From Tubiluchus corallicola (taxonomy: Eukaryota > Animalia > Priapulida): a DNA stretch of 25,571 bases. Positions 21,071 through 25,571 of this stretch are shown in pieces. The notes under the pieces were generated by a model. That model made no database searches. It was given only the letters and a program-made list of their open reading frames with translations, and was not told the DNA's origin. A program made the position numbers and the translations under genes. Positions within the stretch are counted from its first letter, which is position 1; each line of letters begins with the position of its first letter. The stretch spans positions 1-25,571 of the forward strand of contig JAQGDQ010001788.1 of NCBI GenBank assembly GCA_030141605.1, given 5' to 3'.

Positions 21071-21489
21071 GTCGTTATCAGTTAATAATTGAGACTAAAA
21101 AACGCCCTCTACAAAGGAAAAAGGTAAACAAGATAAAAAACAGCTTCTTAAATATCTTCGCAGTAGGGTACCATCAAAAATTATTTTTGTATCACTAGGT
21201 TCAAAAACTTCTTTATTTTTTTACGTTATGCTGTAGTTGTTGTAGTCGTCGTCGTCGCCATCGCCAATGTCATCGTCCTCGTCGCTTATAAAATTAGTAT
21301 TGTGCATGTATAGCAACTTATCTTTTAAATGAATTATATGTCAATTTTAATGCAGAAATAAAAGATAACTGAATTGAATTGACAAGTACTCAAGAAATTT
21401 AAAAGACAAAAGTAAACAACCTTCATAAATAAAGTTATTAATAATGTATAATAAACATAATTTATCATGAAGATAGTAGTATTCTAATT

Positions 21490-21600
21490 ATGCTGTAGCA
21501 CTCAAGAGCAAGACCTGTTATTGCAAGGTTCTGCGTTCAAATCCTGGTTTTGCACAAAGCTTTTTTCAACTTCTCACTCTTTCTTGACTTCACTAGTTTT
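21490..21600 (+). mobile_element. tRNA-derived SINE-like remnant
   Basis: B box GTTCAAATCC at 21535-21544 followed by ttttttcaacttctcactcttt. Confidence 0.4.
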
Positions 21601-21718
21601 CATGTGAACTGTTGTTTATACATGCACACCTAACTGTACTAATTCTAGTAAACCAAAAATTAAAAATTGATTGCCGAATTAAGACTAGCTAATTTGATTA
21701 AAAAATTCATCTATTTCA

Positions 21719-22335
21719 TTAAAATGAAGACACGATGATTTTTCATACAATACTGCCCCAATTTCAAGTCCAATAAAAAGTATAGATTTTAACACAATTA
21801 TTACCGCAAAAGCGTTTCTGATAATAAAATGATATATTAAAAACTTAATTAACAGCGGGCTGGCCCAACTACTGATGACGTCACAAACTAACATAATTTT
21901 CAACAGCAAAAATATTCCGCGAGCGTGTTGCACCTGTTTGTGAAAGCGAAAATTGAAGTACAGTGCAATTGTGTATAATATTCAGTATTCAGTGTGTTGT
22001 ACAAAAACTAGGCAAGATTTAAGATAAATATTCAAATTTCAAATTCACCGCTGTGCTCACTCATTAACTGTCGTCACAAACTAACACATTTAAACTGAGA
22101 GATACAGCACCTGTTTTTCGTGTTGCGTTTCCGAAATGCAGGGGCTAGTACCCGTCTAACTAGCGAACGGTTAAATGCATGTAACAGCGAAGAACTAGTG
22201 GCGCGAACGTCAAATTGTGTTCGTGTGGTAATAATTCTTTCACGTAAGTCATTCTTGAAAATTGTATGTTTCCTTTCAATATTTTAAAAAGTAGATTATT
22301 TTGACATGCAGTTTAAGATTGGGTCCGCTTTTGCT
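21719..22335 (+). mobile_element. Family A, longest single-orientation copy
   Basis: Begins TTAA-AATGAAGACA; collinear with 2045-2557, 3590-3770 and 10218-10620. Confidence 0.87.
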
Positions 22336-22954
22336 TTAAAACAATTCTCAAAATTTTTGGTTTTTATTTATCTATTTTCGGTTTTTTAATTTGTTTTCGA
22401 TTTTTTAGAAAAGCAAAAGTATAATGACGCATTTTTGAGTCACTCTGCGGCGTAGCGTCATTTAAAATTTACATTTATCAAGGCAAAAAAGCACGCACGC
22501 ACACACATGCACACACGCACGCACGCATGACCAACCGTAAATTATACACTTACTTTCAACAAACGGATGAAAATGGCACTCTTTCAATGTTTACTTCAAC
22601 ATAAACGCAATATCAGGAAATCCAACTCTAGTTAGAAAAACTTTTTTCTACACTGAGTACCTCTACTGAAAGTCAACTTTGTCACGGCTTTTAGATAAAT
22701 AAACAAACTGTTTGTTATTCGATTGTGAAAGGTCAACAATGGTGTTTGTTTTTCGAACGTGAAAGGTCAACAATAATAGTAGTTCTAGCGATTCCCGCTT
22801 GTAAACCACACAAATAGACTGCGAAACCTCACTGTAGTCCTGGCTTCAAGCGCAGAAGATTTTTACCACTGCACCTGCAACTTCGGATCGATCTGCGAGA
22901 AGCTTTCCTTTTCTACCGATAGATGGCAGTTCAGACTGTCTCAAAACAGAAATC

Positions 22955-24050
22955 GCAGCGTTCGTAGCACCCATGTTACTAACCAAGTGAATTTTTAAAT
23001 TACTGTGTATTGTCAATAAGATTAAAAATACATTTTGTGGTTAGTGAGTGGCGCACCCTGGAGGGTGAGTCAGCGACATTTTACCAATTGGTGAAAACAT
23101 TTTAAATAATTTAAAATTTTCTTTTCTAGTTAGGTAAGTCTTTCCAGTAGGTAAGCGAAACGCTAAGTAATCTAACTTTGCACGGAAAGTTTTTGAGACA
23201 TAATTTAACATTTCCTTTTCTTTCCCTGATTTACATTGTATGTAGTGACGTCATCTAATGGCTGAAAGAGTATTGCGCGAGATCTAAAATGAAAACAAAT
23301 AAAAATTCCTTTTAACTCGAGTACGATATACGCATAAAATTGCTGTAAAGTAATATAATTTTTAAGGCGATTCTTCTGAAACTTACTTCAGGTACCTCTT
23401 TTCTTGTTCTTTAACGCCCACTCTCCTTAATTTAAGCTTAAAACCTCACCTTGAAGTTTTATATCACTTACATGCTGCCTTAGTGCATACAGAGCTTCGG
23501 TCAGCAGTAACGCTGTATAAAACTTGTGAACTTAAACTCCTGCCATAAGATTTAAGCACAGCCATTTTAATGGTAGGCCGTTTGAAACAAGTTTTGATAA
23601 CACTGCGTAAAGTTTGGAAAAATAGTCAGAGCATTCGTAGCACACACGTCACTAACTAAGTAAAATTTTAAATTACCGTACCTTGTCAATAAGATTAAAA
23701 ATACGTTTTTGGTTAGTGAGTGGCGCACTCTGTAGGGTGAGTCAGCGACATTTTACCAATTGGCACGAAAAGTTTAAATTATTATTTCTAGTTGCATAAG
23801 TCTTTCCAGCAGGTAAGCATAATACTATGCAATATAGATTTGCATGAAACGTGCTTTAGGACATAATTTGACATTGTCTTTTCTTCCCGTGATTTACGTT
23901 GTGCGTATATGACGTCATGTAATGATTTTAAATTACTTTATATTGTCAATGAGAGCAGCAATGTGTTTTTTATGAACCAGTGGTGCACACTGGGATAGGC
24001 AGTTTTAGGATGCAGCCCATTTTTACCAGGTGGCACCAATATTTTAAATT
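22955..24050 (+). mobile_element. Family C cluster of partial copies (about 22955-23262, 23555-23925, 23925-24050)
   Basis: ttgtcaataagattaaaaatac...tggttagtgagtggcgcac...gggtgagtcagcgacattttaccaattgg repeated; inverted homologue at 13200-13645. Confidence 0.82.
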
Positions 24051-24479
24051 ATTCACTATCCTCTCTACAGAGACACAATTTCCGTTTGGCAGATAATTGA
24101 CATTAAACCGATTCTAAAGAAAAAACAGAATCAACAAAGATAATTTGATAACTACAGTTGATTTTCCCTTTAATTAATATTGTTAGTTAATAATCGAAAT
24201 AGATAACTAAACAAAACGTAGACGTTGCATATAACACAAGCTATACAGCAAAACTGTTCCTTCGATTCATTTTTAAACTTTTTACACGATGTGTGGCGCC
24301 ACCAGTCAATATCTCAGCGCTCAGAACTTCCGAGTTTGGAAAAGGTTGCAGAATTCTGCAAAAAAAACAGTAGAAGTTGTGAAACTATTGAAAATAAAGA
24401 TTTTAGAAATTTTCAACAATTTTTTTAAATTCAAAGTTTTTGATAATGCTGAAAGTTTTTACAAATACATCGTTGACAG

Positions 24480-25571
24480 AAATGCTCAAAGGTTTTATAA
24501 ATTTTTCAGAAATGATCAAAGTTTTTAAAAGGTTTTCAGAAATGATCAAAGTTTTTATAAATTGTTCAGAAATGATCAAAGTTTTTATAAAGTTTTCAGA
24601 AATGATCAAAGTTTTTATAAATTGTTCAGAAATGATCAAAGTTTTTATAAAGTTTTCAGAAATGATCAAAGTTTTTATAAATTTTTCCGAAATGATCAAA
24701 GTTTTTATAAAGTTTTCAGAAATGATCAAAGTTTTTATAAATTTTTCAGAAATGATCAAAGTTTTTATAAAGTTTTCAGAAATGATCAAAGTTTTTAGAA
24801 AGTTTTCAGAAATGATCAAAGTTTTTATAAAGTTATCAGAAATGACCAAAGTTTTTATAAAGTTTTCAGAAATGATCAAAGTTTTTATAAAGTTTTCAGA
24901 AATGATCAAAGTTTTTAGAAAGTTTTCAGAAATGATCAAAGTTTTTATAAAGTTTTCAGAAATGATCAAAGTTTTTAGAAAGTTTTCAGAAATGATCAAA
25001 GTCTTTATAAAGTTTTCAGAAATGATCAAAGTTTTTATAACGTTTTCAGAAATGATCAAAGCTTTTATAAGGTTTTCAGAAATGATCAAAGTTTTTATAA
25101 AGTTTTCAGAAATGATCAAAGTCTTTATAAAGTTTTCAGAAATGATCAAAGTTTTTATAACGTTTTCAGAAATGATCAAAGCTTTTATAAGGTTTTCAGA
25201 AATGATCAAAGTTTTTACAAAGTTTTCAGAAATGATCAAAGTTTTTATAAAGTTATCAGAAATGACCAAAGTTTTTATAAAGTTTTCAGAAATGATCAAA
25301 GTTTTTATAAATTTTTCAGAAATGATCAAAGTTTTTATAAAGTTTTCAGAAATGATCAAAGTTTTTATAAATTTTTCAGAAATGATCAAAGTTTTTATAA
25401 AGTTTTCAGAAATGATCAAAGTTTTTAGAAAGTTTTCAGAAATGATCAAAGTTTTTATAAAGTTATCAGAAATGATCAAAGTCTTTATAAAGTTTTCAGA
25501 AATGATCAAAGTTTTTAGAAAGTTTTCAGAAATGATCAAAGTCTTTATAAAGTTTTCAGAAATGATCAAAG
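24480..25571. repeat. 30-bp satellite/minisatellite (AAATGATCAAAGTTTTTATAAAGTTTTCAG)n, about 36 copies, continuing beyond the window
   Basis: Directly visible; degenerate ramp at about 24360-24480. Confidence 0.98.

Noticed and set aside
16116-21933. Two similar short ORFs (ARGIFLLLKIMLVCDVI) suggesting a gene family
   Set aside because: Both are translations of the same non-coding family A repeat.
24403-25569. 388-aa decapeptide repeat protein (LIISENFIKT)n
   Set aside because: A 30-bp unit without a stop in one frame; TTG pseudo-start, no splice or domain evidence.

Overview
This is AT-rich, repeat-dense animal genomic DNA, probably from a protostome invertebrate, not a prokaryote. Two real genes are supported. 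The first is a complete two-exon Golgi carbohydrate sulfotransferase (Sulfotransfer_2 / CHST8-14-like) on the + strand, join(406..586,1012..1910), 359 aa, whose single coding intron is mostly a compound microsatellite. The second is the TM1-TM5 coding exon of a leucokinin-receptor-like GPCR on the - strand (9817..9020). I found no TM6-TM7 exon for it in the window, so the sulfotransferase probably sits antisense inside a receptor intron. The rest is transposon debris and tandem repeats: two TTAA piggyBac-type MITEs (one splitting a CR1/L2 LINE), a solo LTR with a 5-bp TSD, Penelope and LINE fragments, foldback elements, tRNA-derived SINE heads, micro/minisatellites, a telomere-like array and a 30-bp satellite running off the right end. 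Nearly all other ORFs in the track are repeat artefacts. I see no convincing novel multi-gene system. The most interesting signals are the nested gene, transposon-seeded tandem arrays, a transposon-derived polyA signal and a symmetric candidate bidirectional promoter.
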